Of a stretch of 64,000 nucleotides of DNA, positions 11,164 to 24,711 are shown one piece after another (within the stretch, counting starts at the first letter, position 1; each line of letters starts with the position of its first letter). Position numbers and translations under genes: made by a program. The DNA is from Vitrella brassicaformis CCMP3155 (taxonomy: Eukaryota > Protista > Chromerida), in assembly GCA_001179505.1 (NCBI GenBank), contig CDMY01000218.1, forward strand, positions 1 through 64,000, read 5' to 3'. The notes below the pieces were generated by a model. It made no database searches. It was not told the DNA's origin and was given only the letters and a program-made list of their open reading frames with translations.

Positions 11164-11311
11164 TGTGGGTGTGTAGGGTATGCCCTCCTACTTGCCGCAG
11201 CAGTCGATGGACGAGTCAGAGATCTCCAGCACACTCTTCCCTGCCAGCGAACCCGGCACCGTGCCGCCACACATAGAGGTCCGTAAGGGTGTGGAAGAAG
11301 ACACATACACA

Positions 11312-11350
<39 letters not shown>

Positions 11351-12211
11351 GTTCCCTACTCCATGTGTCTGTCTGTCTGAGTGGGTGCAGGTACAAGTGA
11401 GTCCCCCCAGCACCCTCCCCCACATCTCTGCGTCTCTCCCGCCATCCGGCTTCAAAGCGCAGCACGTACGTCTCTGTGCGTGTGTGTTTAGAACAGCACA
11501 CGGACACCCACCTCTTTCTGTGTGTGTTGGCCGGCTGTGTGTGTGTGTCAGTACGCCGAGCGAGGTGAGATTGGCCAGCATGGCGCCGTGCCGGACAGCT
11601 ACAACGAGAACGACCAGCCAGATAGAGACGACGATTCATCGCCACAGTTCCAACACAGGCAGGACACAGACACACACACACACCGGCACACCAACCGCAC
11701 ACACAGACACAGACATCCACTCTCTCTCTCCTCTGTCTCCCTTTGTCTGCAGGTCGATAACCCAGCGTCTCGACGCCCGTGCCTCTGCGTGGAAGGAGAC
11801 CTTGCGCAAGGGCTGGGGCTGGGTCAAGAAGGGCGTCAGCCGACTGTTCCTGCTCTTCGTGCTGTATTCCGACAAGGTCACCGTGCTGGTGATCCTACTG
11901 ATACTCTTCCCCCTGCTCTCGAGGTCACACACTGGGGGCGATGCGACGCCCGTCAGACATACGAGCCTTATTAGGTTAGACAGACGGAGGGAGGGAGGGA
12001 GGGGGGGAGAGAGGGAGAGAGAGAGAGAGGGAGGTGCTTGTGTGTCTGTCTGCTCAGGGTCGGTTATTTGTTGTGGTTTTATCTGCTGCTGTTTTTCCGC
12101 AAGTATCCCCGGCCCATCTGGCGGGGGCTACTCTGCTACTGTCAGGCAGTCATCTGCGCATTGGTACACACACACGGACGAAGCAAGTTACCTCACTCAC
12201 TCACAGACAGC

Positions 12212-12244
<33 letters not shown>

Positions 12245-15200
12245 NNNNNNNNNNNNNNNNNNNNNNNNNNNNNNNNNNNNNNNNNNNNNNNNNNNNNNNN
12301 NNNNNNNNNNNNNNNNNNNNNNNNNNNNNNNNNNNNNNNNNNNNNNNNNNNNNNNNNNNNNNNNNNNNNNNNNNNNNNNNNNNNNNNNNNNNNNNNNNNN
12401 NNNNNNNNNNNNNNNNNNNNNNNNNNNNNNNNNNNNNNNNNNNNNNNNNNNNNNNNNNNNNNNNNNNNNNNNNNNNNNNNNNNNNNNNNNNNNNNNNNNN
12501 NNNNNNNNNNNNNNNNNNNNNNNNNNNNNNNNNNNNNNNNNNNNCCCCCCGCCCGCGCGTGTGTGTGGTGTGTGTGTCAGTTTCTTTGGCAAGTGCTGTC
12601 CAGGGGCGACTCTCGGTGAGTGCCTCAGCACCGTGCCCCTCTGTGTGGGGTTTTGGTGCGGTTTATGTGTGTGTTTGTGTGTGTGACGGTTGTGTGTGCA
12701 GGTATGTGTGGATCGGCCTGGTGCGGAGCGACCGGATTGACCTCTTTGCATCGCTCGCCTACGCCCTCATACTGCTGGCGTGCTCACAGATACAGATCCT
12801 GCTGTTCTTATCCAAGTGAACCACACACCACACACACACACAGAGAGAGAGAGAGACCCCCTGTGTGTGTGTGTGTGGATGGATGACAACAGGTCCTACA
12901 AGTTGGCCGTGCAGATGGCCGAAGGCACTGCAGACGGTGCTGGTGGTGCCACTGCAACACCCCCGGACACACAGCCACAGCCACAGCCACAGCCACAGCA
13001 GCAGCCATCGGAGCCTGACGACAACCTCACCACCCCTGCCACCAATCAGCAGCAACAGGAGATCGTGGCCGCAGCGGCGGCGGCTGCTGTGGCGCCATCG
13101 CGGTCCACCGCTGGGGGAGGGGGAGGATCGGTCGCTTCCAGCAGAGTGAGATCAGATATACCACACCACACACAGACACTTACAGACACAGACACACACC
13201 GCCTCTGTTGTGTGTGTGTCGGCCAGCGGTCTACAGCGAATGAGTCTGTGCTGACCCACGCGGCGGCCACGTTAGACACTGGGCAGAAACTGTGGGTGCT
13301 GCAGCTCTATGACCGGATCGGGTGAGAGCACACACACACACGCAGAGAGAGAGAGGGAGAGAGAGAGAGAGAGATGGAGGGAGGGAGAGAGATCCTATGC
13401 CTTTCTGCTTCTGTTTCTGTGTGTGGTTGTGGTTGTGGTTGTGTGTTTGATCGGTTCACCAGAATCTGGGTGGTGTTTGCGTTGACCCTGACGGTTGTGC
13501 TGCTGCCGCCGGCCTCGCTCGACAGCTTCTTTTTCCTGGTGGTCCTCGTGGCCGGCGTGGCGCTGCTACAGACCAGCGGATACAAGTGACTTAACCTGAC
13601 GAGCCGATACTAGCTGTCTGTAATGGCGCATTGGCACTCTCTCTCTCTCCGTGTCTGTGTCTGTGTCTGTGTCTTGTCTGTGTTGTGGGTGTGTAGGTAC
13701 CTGCACATAGCATGGTGGATCCAGGCGACCTTCGCGGCGGCCATCGTGCTCTTCAGATACGTCGTGCTGCTCAAACCAGGTCTCACGAGGGTGTCTGCAG
13801 GCCGCACATCCATCCGTCTATCCATCCATCCATGTGTGTGTGTGTGTGTATGTGTCAGTGTATGAGGCAATCGAGAGCGAGTACAAGGCTGCCGCCGGCC
13901 GTGGCGGGTGGGTCTTCACTCTGGAGGAGTGGGGCATCTCCATCGAGGACAACCATCTCCTCAAACTCTTCTTTGAGGCCATTCTGCTCGGTGCGCGCAC
14001 ACGCCCCTCTACACACGCCTAACACTCGCATGTCGACAGAGAGATGCATGTGTGTGTGTGTGTGTGTGGATCTCTGTGTGTGAGCAGGGCTGACTGTGTA
14101 CCAGATCTCGCTCGAGTACGAGATTCAGACGGAGGAGAGGCGCGCAGCGCGCACCCAGCAGCAGCAGCGGCAGCGGCAGCAGCGACAGGCAGCCCACGAG
14201 ATCAGCCTGACGGGCCGCTCGGTGGGGGTGGGGATGATGAGCACCATTGTCGAGGAGAGGGAGAGCTACCTGGGCGACACCACGGCCACACAGCTAATCA
14301 CCGGTAGTACCCAATGCCCCCCCGCACACCAACACACTCGCGAAGAAGCGGCACAGACAACAAGTGCATCAATCTCCCCCCTCTCTCTCCCTCTCCCTCT
14401 CCCTGTGTGTGTGTGTGTGGGTGCAGGTCCGCCCAATGGTGACTCTGACGCCGCCACGGCCCCGTCCACCCAGGTCACCGAGCCCTCACCCCCCACCATG
14501 CCACGCACCAAGCAGCAAGACGAGCCGACGTCTGTGTCGATGCGGCAGCCACTGCTGCCCCTGCAAGCGGTTGCACCGCCACCACCACCGGCACCACCGG
14601 CAAGAGCACCTGACCTGGTGAGTCTGTATATGTGTGTGTGTGGCGTGCAGAGGGACAGACAGACACACAGACAGACAGACAGACAGACAGAGAGGGGAGG
14701 GCGGCATCCATCCATCCCCCTCTCTCTCTGTGTGTGTGTGTCTGTGTGTGTCTGTGTGTGTAGGTGCTTCCCCCACCACCACCACAACCACCAGCAGCAG
14801 CAGCAGTAGCAGTAGCAGTAACCGGCGGCATAGACATGGTTCTCCCGTCGGTGCCGGTGCCCCTGCACGAGTGGGTGGACGAGCGAATGCGCGACCTGAG
14901 TCGGCACGCGGCCAAGGTGCTGATGCTTGTGGTCTTCCTCTGCTCCCTCGACGTCCACTTCCTCAACCTCGTCACCGTACTCGTGCTCTTCTCGCTCATC
15001 TGCGCCGGTGGGTCTGGCTGTGGGTGTGGCTGTGTGGGTGTGCACTCGTCCACTCATCAACACACACACACACACACACGTCTGTCTGTCTGCCTCTTAT
15101 GTGTGGTGGGTGCAGGTCGTGGGTGGAAGCACGCGGGGGTGTTCTTTTCGTTCACTTCGATGTTCATTCTCATCGCCCAATACGCCTGCCGCTTCGACGT

Positions 15201-15321
15201 GGCGCAGACGCACCTCGGGGACGACAAGATCGCCTACTGGGGTTTCGCCTGGACAGGTAGGTAAACCCACCCTGTCTGTGTCTGTGTATGTGGGCGCGCG
15301 TGTGTGTGTGTTGGGTATATC

Positions 15322-15352
<31 letters not shown>

Positions 15353-15775
15353 TGTGTGCAGGTGTGCGCGGTGCCGAGACGGCCTTTCCCTCGTGGACGC
15401 GGAACCTGCTAATCATCCTGTGTGCCATTATCCAGCGATCGCTGCACTTCCACTTCCCCTACACGCGCAAGGAGGGGCCGCTGTCACAGTTCTTTACGTG
15501 AGAGACAGAGGAGGGAGGGAGAGAGTTCTCACACACACACACACACACGGATCCCTTCCTCTCTCTCTCTCTCTCTCCCTCTCTCTGTGTGTGTGTGTTG
15601 CAACAGGTATTACGGCGTGCAGATCGGCCTGTCAGTGCTGCTGCTGGTCGGCCTGTTCCGTGTGAATGCCTTGGCAGTGGTGTACGCCCTCTTCGCGTGT
15701 GTGTTTGTGTGGGGCGCCAAGCCGTACCGCACCAAGTGGGCCGTCATGGCGTGGCTGCAAGTCGCTGCTGTAAGA

Positions 15776-15813
<38 letters not shown>

Positions 15814-17723
15814 TGACCCCCTGTGTGTGTGTGTGTGTGTGTGTGTGTAGGTGATTCTGTCACTATCGATTTTATACCAGTACATCTGGCGACTATGGCT
15901 CCCACCAGGTGGGTACCCTCCCCCTCCCCCCCTCCCCCTCCAACACACACAAACACACTCCTGTGGACAGGTCTGCACATCGGCCGTGTGCGGCGAGTCG
16001 ACTTCCGCGCCCTGTGCCACGCGCTCAAGTACAACCAGCAGCACCTCGACTCGTGCGAAGAAGACTGGATGAGGTGCGCACCCCCCCTCCGCCGCCCACG
16101 AGCGGGGCCCCCATCCTTGTGTGTGTGTGTGTATTGGTCGTCGTTCCTCTGCGCACTCCGTGTGTGTGTGCAGCTGGCTGGAGATCCCGCAGCGCTCGAG
16201 CGGTGTCATGGAGGGGCCCGTCGAGATCGCTGTCGCCGTGCCGGTGCGCACACCAACACACACACACACCCAGACACCCACACATGGACACACACAGAGG
16301 TGCATTCTCTCTCTCTCTCCCTGTCGCTGCTTGTAGGAGTTCCTCGCTCTCATGGTGTGTGGCATTATCATGCGAGCGACACGGCGGACTCCGCTCATCC
16401 TCCCAGCCACAAGGCCGCCGCCCCCATCGCCGCCGGAGCACTCCTACTCGCCGTCCCGGGCGGCGCACACCACCCCAGCGCTCTCCTCCTCCCTATTCTA
16501 CTTCTTCTACCTCTGCCCCTGTGTGCTGTGGCTGCTGCTGCTGGTCAATGCCACTGTCAACTTGGGGGTCATCTCGATCGCTTACACGGTGCTGCTGTGT
16601 GTGAGCCTGCTGCAAGTTGATGCGGTAAGTGGGTGGACAGAGAGGGAGGGAGGGAGGGAGGTGTGGGTGTGACGGTGAGTGGATGCATGCAGCCTTTGCG
16701 GAAGGAGAGGGTCCGGCTGACGGCGATCCGGTCGATCAACGTGTTTGTGGTGCTGCTGCTGACGGTCTACCAGGCGCCCTTCTTCCCATGCCCTTACGCC
16801 ACCGACGAGACACCGAACGCACTGGACAAGCTGCCCATTGGGTGCGTTAGCGTTATGCGTTGCGTCATGCGCACAGACACATGGAGTGCATTCTCCATCC
16901 CCCTGTGTGTGTGTGTGTGTGTGTTGGTCATAGCACATTCCTCTCTCGCCCGCAGCAGTCCAGGAGGGCACCGAGAGCAGCAGCGGGTATGCTGTGCTGT
17001 GCTGTGCAGCCACACACAAGACGCATACAGACCTGTGTGTCCCTCTCTCTCTCTGTGTGTGTGGTGGTGGTGGGTGAAGATGAAGACGAGAACGAGCCGG
17101 AGGGGACTGCCTGGTTGGGCCACGAGAACTGCCAGCGGCTGCAGTCACTCGTCAATGAGCCACACAGGTACCACACACACACACACACACAGAGACAGAG
17201 AGAGAGAGAAGGCCTACACACACATGGATGGCTTTGTCTGTCTGTGTGTGTCTGTATGGCCTAGGTCTAAGGACGAGTGGTACACGACGGGCCTGCAGGT
17301 GCTGGGAGTGCTCAAGCTGGAGGGCCTCAGTTTTCGCGACGGGGTCTTCCTCTGGAACCTACTGCTCTTCATCGTCGCCATGATACAGGTGGGTGCGCAT
17401 TATCTGAGTGTGCTGATTGCTCTCTGAGTGTGTGTGGTAATGGTCAGTATAATGTGCTGTACCATCCGGGCTACGAGACGGGCATGGTGGCCTTCATCCG
17501 GCAGGAGGCCAAACTCAGAGCCGTCAGAGCAAAGTCAGTCAGCCCGCATGTGGCAGTGGCACACACATGCACCCACACACACACATCCGTGTGTGTGTGT
17601 GTCCAGGCGGTTCATCGAAATGTTCCACGTCAAGCGGATACTCAGATGCAGACAGCAGGAGATCGTCAAAGCAGGTAGGTACCCACCCCTCCGCACACAC
17701 GCAGAGAGAGAGACAATGCACAC

Positions 17724-17769
<46 letters not shown>

Positions 17770-20700
17770 CTTCAGTGCTCATCGACCGTCTTCAGCGCGT
17801 GACGGCCCACTTGGCTCGTCTGCAGCAGATATGGCGACGGGAGGCGGAGCCCATCACTGAGGAGGAGGAGACGGAGCGGCAGAAAGTCATACTGGTACAC
17901 ACACACATAAGACACAAAGACGGAGAGGGAGGCCTACCGACCTGCCTGTGTGTTAGGTGGAGAACATATCTCTGAAGGGCTACGCCCCCGCCCTCTCCGC
18001 CGAGGCGCTGGAGCGGTTTGGCTACATCGAACCTCTCGCTCTCGAGTGCCTTCAGATGTAAATTCTGTCATATGTCATGCGCGCCTTCCCCCTACACCCA
18101 CCGCTCTCTCTCTCTGTGTGTGTGGGTGTCTCTACTGCAGGCTCGAGCAGCACCAACTCGGCCTCATCACCGAGCAGGAGGCCCTCAGGCGAGAGCAGGA
18201 CCTCATCCGCCGCGCCAAGGAGCGCGGTGCCACATCTGACTACCTCGACATAGCGGAGTTGTCCATAGAGTCGGCCATGTCGAAGCTCACACAGGGGTCG
18301 CCGCCCACGTCGCCTGTGGTGCAGCAAATGGCGGCAGAGGGAGAGGGACAGGGAGAGGGAGAGAGAGATGAGGCGAAGGAGGGGATTATAAGGAAAATGG
18401 AGAGCGAGCCGGCCGTGGTGTCGCCGGAAAGTGGTGGCAGTGGGCAGCCGATGCCGATGGTACCCGTGTCCGCGTCGTCCCTCTCGATGCCTGCTGGCAG
18501 GTGCGCACTTGTGTGGGTGCCGCCAGCCATCCCTCTGACGCCCGTGTGGTGTGTCGGTGTTTTTCAGGGGTCCTGGCAGCCACATGGGCATGGCAATGAC
18601 CATGGTGGAGCTGCTGCGCGAGAGGACGTCGCAAGTGCGCCTCAGGAGACAGCGGGAAAGGCACCTGCGCCTCAGGAGACACGGGGAGGGGGAGGAGGTG
18701 CCACACACAATGATGCCGCACCCCCTCCCCCTGCCCCTGCCCAGGCCACACACGCCGGCAGCTACGCCCACCCCGCTCAACATCGACAAGAGAAGACCTT
18801 CTGCAGGGGGAACAGCCATGCAGCGGCCTCCAGTGCCCATTGGCGAGGTCAGGGAGAGGGAGAGGGGGGGTGGCAACACAGAGAGACACACAAATGGATG
18901 CTGTGGGTGGGAAATGGTAGGTTGACGAGAGCGACGAGCATGAAGACCTTGACCTGTGGTATGAGGTGGGCGGAGGGTGGGACTACAACAGCCCCCTACA
19001 GGCAGCCAGGGACGCCGTCAGGTGAGTGCGCTCGGGGCACACACACACACACACACACTCCATCACACCACCTTCGCGTGTGTCCATGTGTCTGTGCAGG
19101 GCCGTCTCCCGCTACAGTGCCTTCGGCCAACTCGACTCGCCATCAGGGGTACGTGACGCACACACACAGGGAGAGGCGGAGGATGTCTGTCTGTCTGTCT
19201 GCCGATGCATCAGCCTGGTCCCTCACCGCCCTCCCCCTCTTCGCCCCCCGCCCCACCAGCACATGAAGGCAATGCACTCGCCGTGTCGGGCAGCAGCGTC
19301 CCGCAGCTGCCGCAGTCGCTCGAGCCATCCACACCACCACCAGGGGCCACCAGCAGCGACACCCTGCGGCTGCGCAGGGCGGAAGGGGAGAGAGAGGGAG
19401 AGGGAGAGGACACAGAAGACCACCACCGACAGCAGCAGCAGCAGCAGCAGGCCCCTTGTCGCAACTCTGGTGGCCTGTTCGGGTGGCTCTTCCCCACCAT
19501 AGGCAGCAGCAACAGGCAGACACAACAGCAGCAGCAGCAGCGCAGAAAGCCCCATTCCAGCAAAAGGCGAAGGGTGGTCATTCTCGAGTGGCTCTCCTGG
19601 CTGGACAAGCGCATCAAGCAGGCCATGCAGACGCGCATCGTCGACACGGCCTTTGTGCAGTCGATGAGGGAGCCGCTGCCCAAGCACCGAGAGGGCAATG
19701 GGGCCTTTATGCTGGTGTGGAAGGCGCTCTTCAGCTACACCTTGTTCTATGTGGCGGTGGCGGCCGCGTTGCAGTTCGCCAATGGCCGCACTGTGCTGAG
19801 CGCTTTATCAGTACGGAGGGGACACACACACAGACACCCACACAGGGAGGGCGGGGAGGAGAGGGTCGTGCGCTGGATGGGCCACACACACGCGCGCCAT
19901 ACCTCTCGCTGTCCTTTATCTGTCTCGCTCTCTCTCTCTCTCTCTCTGTGTGTGTGTCTGTGTGTGTCTCTGTGTGTGTGTGTGTTGCAACAAACAGGGT
20001 CTGGCCATCATCTGCTACGGGCTGATCGTGTACCCCATGGCGGCCCACGGCTTCTGGGTCGGCATGATCGGCTACACCCTCGCCATAGTGCTCCTGAAGA
20101 CCTGCTACCAGCTGAGCTTCTTCTGTGCGGAGCTGGTCTTCGACCTGCCCTGCCAGGCACCCCTCAACGTCACATGGTACACAGAGAACACAACACCACA
20201 CAAGACACATGCCTCTCCAAGCGCCACTCTCCCTCTCTCTCTCTCTCTCTCTCCGTGTGTGTGTGCTGCAGGGATGTGATCATCGGCGTCTACAAGGTGC
20301 GCGGCCTCTCGTCCCTCCGAGAAGTCTCCCTCTTCAACGCCGTGTGGGCCGACTACCTCCTCCTCGCTACCCTCTGCCTCCACTTCATGTTCCTCCGCAA
20401 GACGGGCCTCTGGCAGTACTCCGAAGTCGACAGGGGGCTGCAGTACAAGCCGCCCTCGGTGCAGGTGGTGCCGTCTTTGCAGCAGAGGAGAGAGAGGGGT
20501 GTGCACCATCACCATCGCGTGGGCGTGCATCGGAGACGGAGAGACAGGGAGAGGGACAGGGAGAGGAACAGGGGGAGAGAGAGACGGCGAGAGAGGGAGA
20601 GGGAGAGGAGGGAGAAGCAGCGGGAGGATGGGATGGATGTCTGGAGCGACGACAACGTCCTCAGCGGCGTGGAAATGCCGGCAGGTACCTGACACACACA

Positions 20701-22779
20701 CACACACATATACACGTGGTTGCCCGTGTGTCTTCGTGCATGATTCAGACGATTCCTCCTTCCCGATGGTGACCTTCGCCCTCTCTCCCCGGTCGCCAGG
20801 ATCGCCCCCACTGCTGCCCCTCCCCTCCCTCCCCCCACACCCCACCTCCTCGTCCATCGTCTCCTCCATATCCCACCCACCAGGCGAGAGCATGCCCATC
20901 ATCCCCGCCATGCCAATGCTCCCCAGGGACACGGACAAGACCAGCAGCAGCCGCCTCACCACGGCACCGTCAGAGCCCCGTGTGCCGCGGTATATGAGCG
21001 ACCCTGAGATCAGCAAGGCGACGAAGAGGCGGAGAGGCAGGGGCCGGTGGGGGGTGCGTGGCGGCGGCCGTGGCGGTGCTGCTGGTGGTGGGAGGGAGAG
21101 AAAGAGGCGAGACGAAAGACGAGCTGGTGGTGGTGGTGCTAGTGGGGCTAAGGAGGGCACACCAGCAGGAGGAGACGGGCAGCAGAGAGGCCTCACGCTG
21201 ATGAGCCTGTGGAACAGGAGCATCATGGGTACGACGACCGTCGACAGGGGGAGGGAGGGAGGGAGGGAGGCACTGTATGTCCGAGTGGTGTGGGTATGGT
21301 ATGTGTGTGTCGGCTGTGTGTGCTGTGCAGGTGGGGGCAAGGTGAAGAAGCCGGGCGTGGACCTGTACCCCTGGATGTTCACCTTCTCCCTCTGCCAGCT
21401 GCTGATCGTCCTCATATCATATAGCGTCATCTGGGGCGCAGGTGCGTCTGCACGCCTCTCTGCCTCTCTGCCTGCCTAGATTTCCTGGATTTGTGAATGT
21501 GGGGTGGTTACGTGTGTGGTTATGTGTGTGTGTGTGTAGGTGAGACATTGACAGAGAGCCTCCGGAGGAACCAGTTCGGGCAGGGGATGGTTCTGGTGAT
21601 GATTGTCCACATCGCTATCATCATCATCGACAGGATGTTCTACAGGCAAGCGGGCGCAGTCAAGTCAATGGTTGGCGTCCATGGGCCGGTTTGTGTTTGC
21701 GTGTGTCGGTGGTCAGGCTGTCCTTCAAAGAGATCGACTCATCCCTTCCCCCCCGGCAAAGAAGGGTGTACAAAACCGTCAAGGCTGCAAAGGTACCCAT
21801 ACCCCCCTCTCCCTCTCTCCCACCTCTCTCTCTCTCTCTCTGCGTGTGTGTGTGGTGTGCAGGTGATTCTGCTCATAGCGGAGGTGTTGGCGATCCACAT
21901 CCTCTTCATCCACCGCATGGCCCAGCCCGACCAGGACGTTACCGACCTGGAGATCGGCATGTGGGGCAACCCCGCCATGCTCATCTACTACTTTCTGATC
22001 TACGCCTACTTCGTCCTGCTGGCCAGGCAGATCCACCACGACCTGCCCGCCTCCACGGGGGGGCACAATCTGACGTCGTCGACACATTTGTTCAACCGCA
22101 CTGTGTAAGCACACACACACACACACACACATGGCTGGACGGCTCTGCTTCTCTCTGCTTTGGTCAGGTATAGAGTATACCGATCCATCCCGCTGCTAGA
22201 GGAGATCCGGATTTTGCTCGACTGGACGGTCGCCAAGACGTCCCTCGACACGTTCATGTGGTTCAAGCTAGAGGACGCCTACAGCAGCCTCTACTTCGTC
22301 AAGGGCGACATGACGGTCCGCAAAATGTACTACCCGGCGGAGCACAGGTGGTTATCTGAGAAGATCGGACTCGTGAGCAATCAAGAGGGAGGGATGAGGT
22401 CGGGAGATGGGGATTGCGTGTGTGGAGTGTGGTGTGTGTGGATGGTTTAGGGGCTGTGCGGCATTGTGGGCCTGGTGCTGCTGCTCCTAGCGCCCATCCT
22501 GCTGTTCTCCTCCTTCAATCCCGTAAGCTGCCCCCTCCTCCCCCACCTCACACACACACAGGCAGACAGACAGCCACACACGATCTTGACGCACTGATCC
22601 ACTGATGAGCGTATGTGCAGGTGCGCATTTCCAACCGCGTCGATGACGCCACCTCGACCGTCAGCCTGCGGGTCGAGTCCAGCACCGACACACTCGTGGT
22701 GCCGCTCTACGAAGCGTCAAGCGCCGTCACAATCAGAGGTATGCTATGCTATGCAGCCCTTTCTCTCCCTCTCCCACTC

Positions 22780-22810
<31 letters not shown>

Positions 22811-24159
22811 CAGATTTCAGCAAGTGCGAGATTCGCAGGTACCTCCGGAGTTTCCCTCTGACGGAGAGCAACGCCGACATACAGTCGGTCGTATTCCCCG
22901 AGGCCTCCACGACGCCCTTTCTCGTCTCGCCCGCACTCATACAAGCCACCGTTGACGCTCTCAGCGTAGAAACACACACACAGACTCACAGACACACACA
23001 TTTGACACATCCTAATGGGTGTGGGTGTGTGGCTGGTATGGGTGCAGGAGCCCCGGTCGGCTCAGCTGGAGCTATCTTATGAGTTGAAGGGCCGCAACAC
23101 CAAGACGTTCGTCGAAGGTATGAAGCGCTTCCCGATAGACACACATATAGAGAGAGGCAGAGGGATGCACAGACAGAGAAAGGGATGTGTGTGAGCACTC
23201 GTGCGGTATCTGTGTGTGTGTGTGTGCAGGTGGCCAGACGACCGACGTGCTGCGCTTTGCGGACCAGCTGAAGGCCCTCCTCAACGGCACCCGAACCGAA
23301 CTCACCGGTACCCCTCCCCCCACCCACCTCCACACACGCACCATCCTGCCATCTCTCCATCCATTTGTGTGTGTTTGTATGTGTCAACCAACACAACCAC
23401 CAGTGGATCGCTTCTATAACCCCTATGCCGAGCTCGGCGAGACCGGCGTGTCGAGCATCCACGGCGAGCGGAGAAACGCCACGCTCTTCCTCCTCACCTC
23501 CAACGACACCTTCTCGGGCTCGCAGCAGCACTACTGGATCATCAACGGCACCAACACACGCAGCAGCGCCTCACGCGGCCAATCGGACAAGTGCCCCGAC
23601 ACCAGCGACCCCAGGGGGCGGTTCACGCTCGTGGTGGTGTCGCCCCCCGTGCTGCCCTTCTCGTCTGGGAGCGCGCAGGGGGGCGGTGGGGGGCAGAACC
23701 TCAGTGTGGTGGGGCTGTATATCACGGTGGTATTGGCCATTGGGCGGTTCCTGCGGCTCATGTGCCAGGGGGCGTCGCAGCGGGTCATCTACGAGGAGAT
23801 GCCCAACGTGGATCTGTTTGTGGACATTTGTAATGGCGTCTACACCGCCAGGCAAGTCAAGTCGGTCGATCGAGTGCAATCAATCATGGGACGGACCTGT
23901 GTGTGTGTGTGTGTGTGGTCCAGGTTGCGTGGTGATTTGGTCAAGGAGTACAAGCTGTACTTCACGCTTATCAAGCTATACCGATCGCCAGAGCTGCTGC
24001 TGCAGGTCCAGCCACATGTGGAGTGGATTGTGGGCGTCACGTCACACTCGTGTCTCTGTGTGTGTGTGTTGTGTGTGTGTGTGTGTGTGTGTGCAGGTGT
24101 CAGGTGGCGAGCTGCATGGCCACCGCCCCTACCCACCTGGCGCCCCAAAGGTCGAATGA
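9002..24159 (+). CDS. PIEZO: Piezo-family mechanosensitive cation channel, several dozen exons
   Basis: Many TM-helix exons. C-terminal signatures are YRVYRSIPLLEEIRILLDWTVAKTSLDTFMWFKLEDAY (anchor) and VGLYITVVLAIGRFLR...VIYEEMPNVD...LYFTLIKLYRSPELL (inner helix/CTD). The start codon is inferred. The N gap at 12245-12544 lies in an intron (flanking exons join in frame). Confidence 0.92.
12245..12544. other. Assembly gap flanked by poly-C
   Basis: Run of N. Confidence 1.
21646..21716 (+). other. GC-AG intron in Piezo
   Basis: TAC AG|gcaagc...ggtcag|G CTG TCC. Only this donor keeps frame into the next exon (VILLIAEVL); the nearby GT donor gives a frameshift. Confidence 0.75.
23852..23923 (+). 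other. GC-AG intron in Piezo
   Basis: GCC AG|gcaagt...gtccag|G TTG CGT restores conserved VYTARLRGDL. Confidence 0.8.
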
Positions 24160-24711
24160 ACGAACAAATCATCAGTCAAGAGAAAACCAGGTGTCAGTCA
24201 GGGCATAGCTGAGTGGAATAATGGAGTCAGTCGGGTCGGTGAAGCGCTGCATGTCACAAGGGGGGAGACAGACAGAGAGGCGTTTGTTTGTGAGTTTTAT
24301 TGTTCATTACGATGGGCGTGTCATGTGAGTGTGTGTGTGGTGTGAGTGCTGAATTGCATGTGTGTGTGTGTGTGAGGTGTTTGTTTATTAGGTCGTCCGT
24401 CCATGAAGGCACTGACTTTCTAGCCGCCTGTTGTTTATTGCTCATAGCTCATACACCACACACACGTGGATGTCTGTTTGTCTGTCTGTCTGTGTTCTTC
24501 GTCCGTTTATGTGTGCCTGACTGCCGTGTGTATGTTATGTGGGATCCATCCATCCATCTATCTTTGATCAACGGCCGATGCAGTCAGTAGGACGTCTTCA
24601 CCGTTGAGGAGGAAAGAAGGGAAGAAGGAGAGAGGGCAACTCGCAAGCTGAAGCTCGCAGAGATCTGCAAGCTTTTCCCATGAAAAACGTAGCAGAGTCG
24701 TGTTGGTGATA

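Noticed and set aside
22446-22452. TTTAGGG telomere-like heptamer
   Set aside because: It is a single copy at a splice acceptor, not an array.
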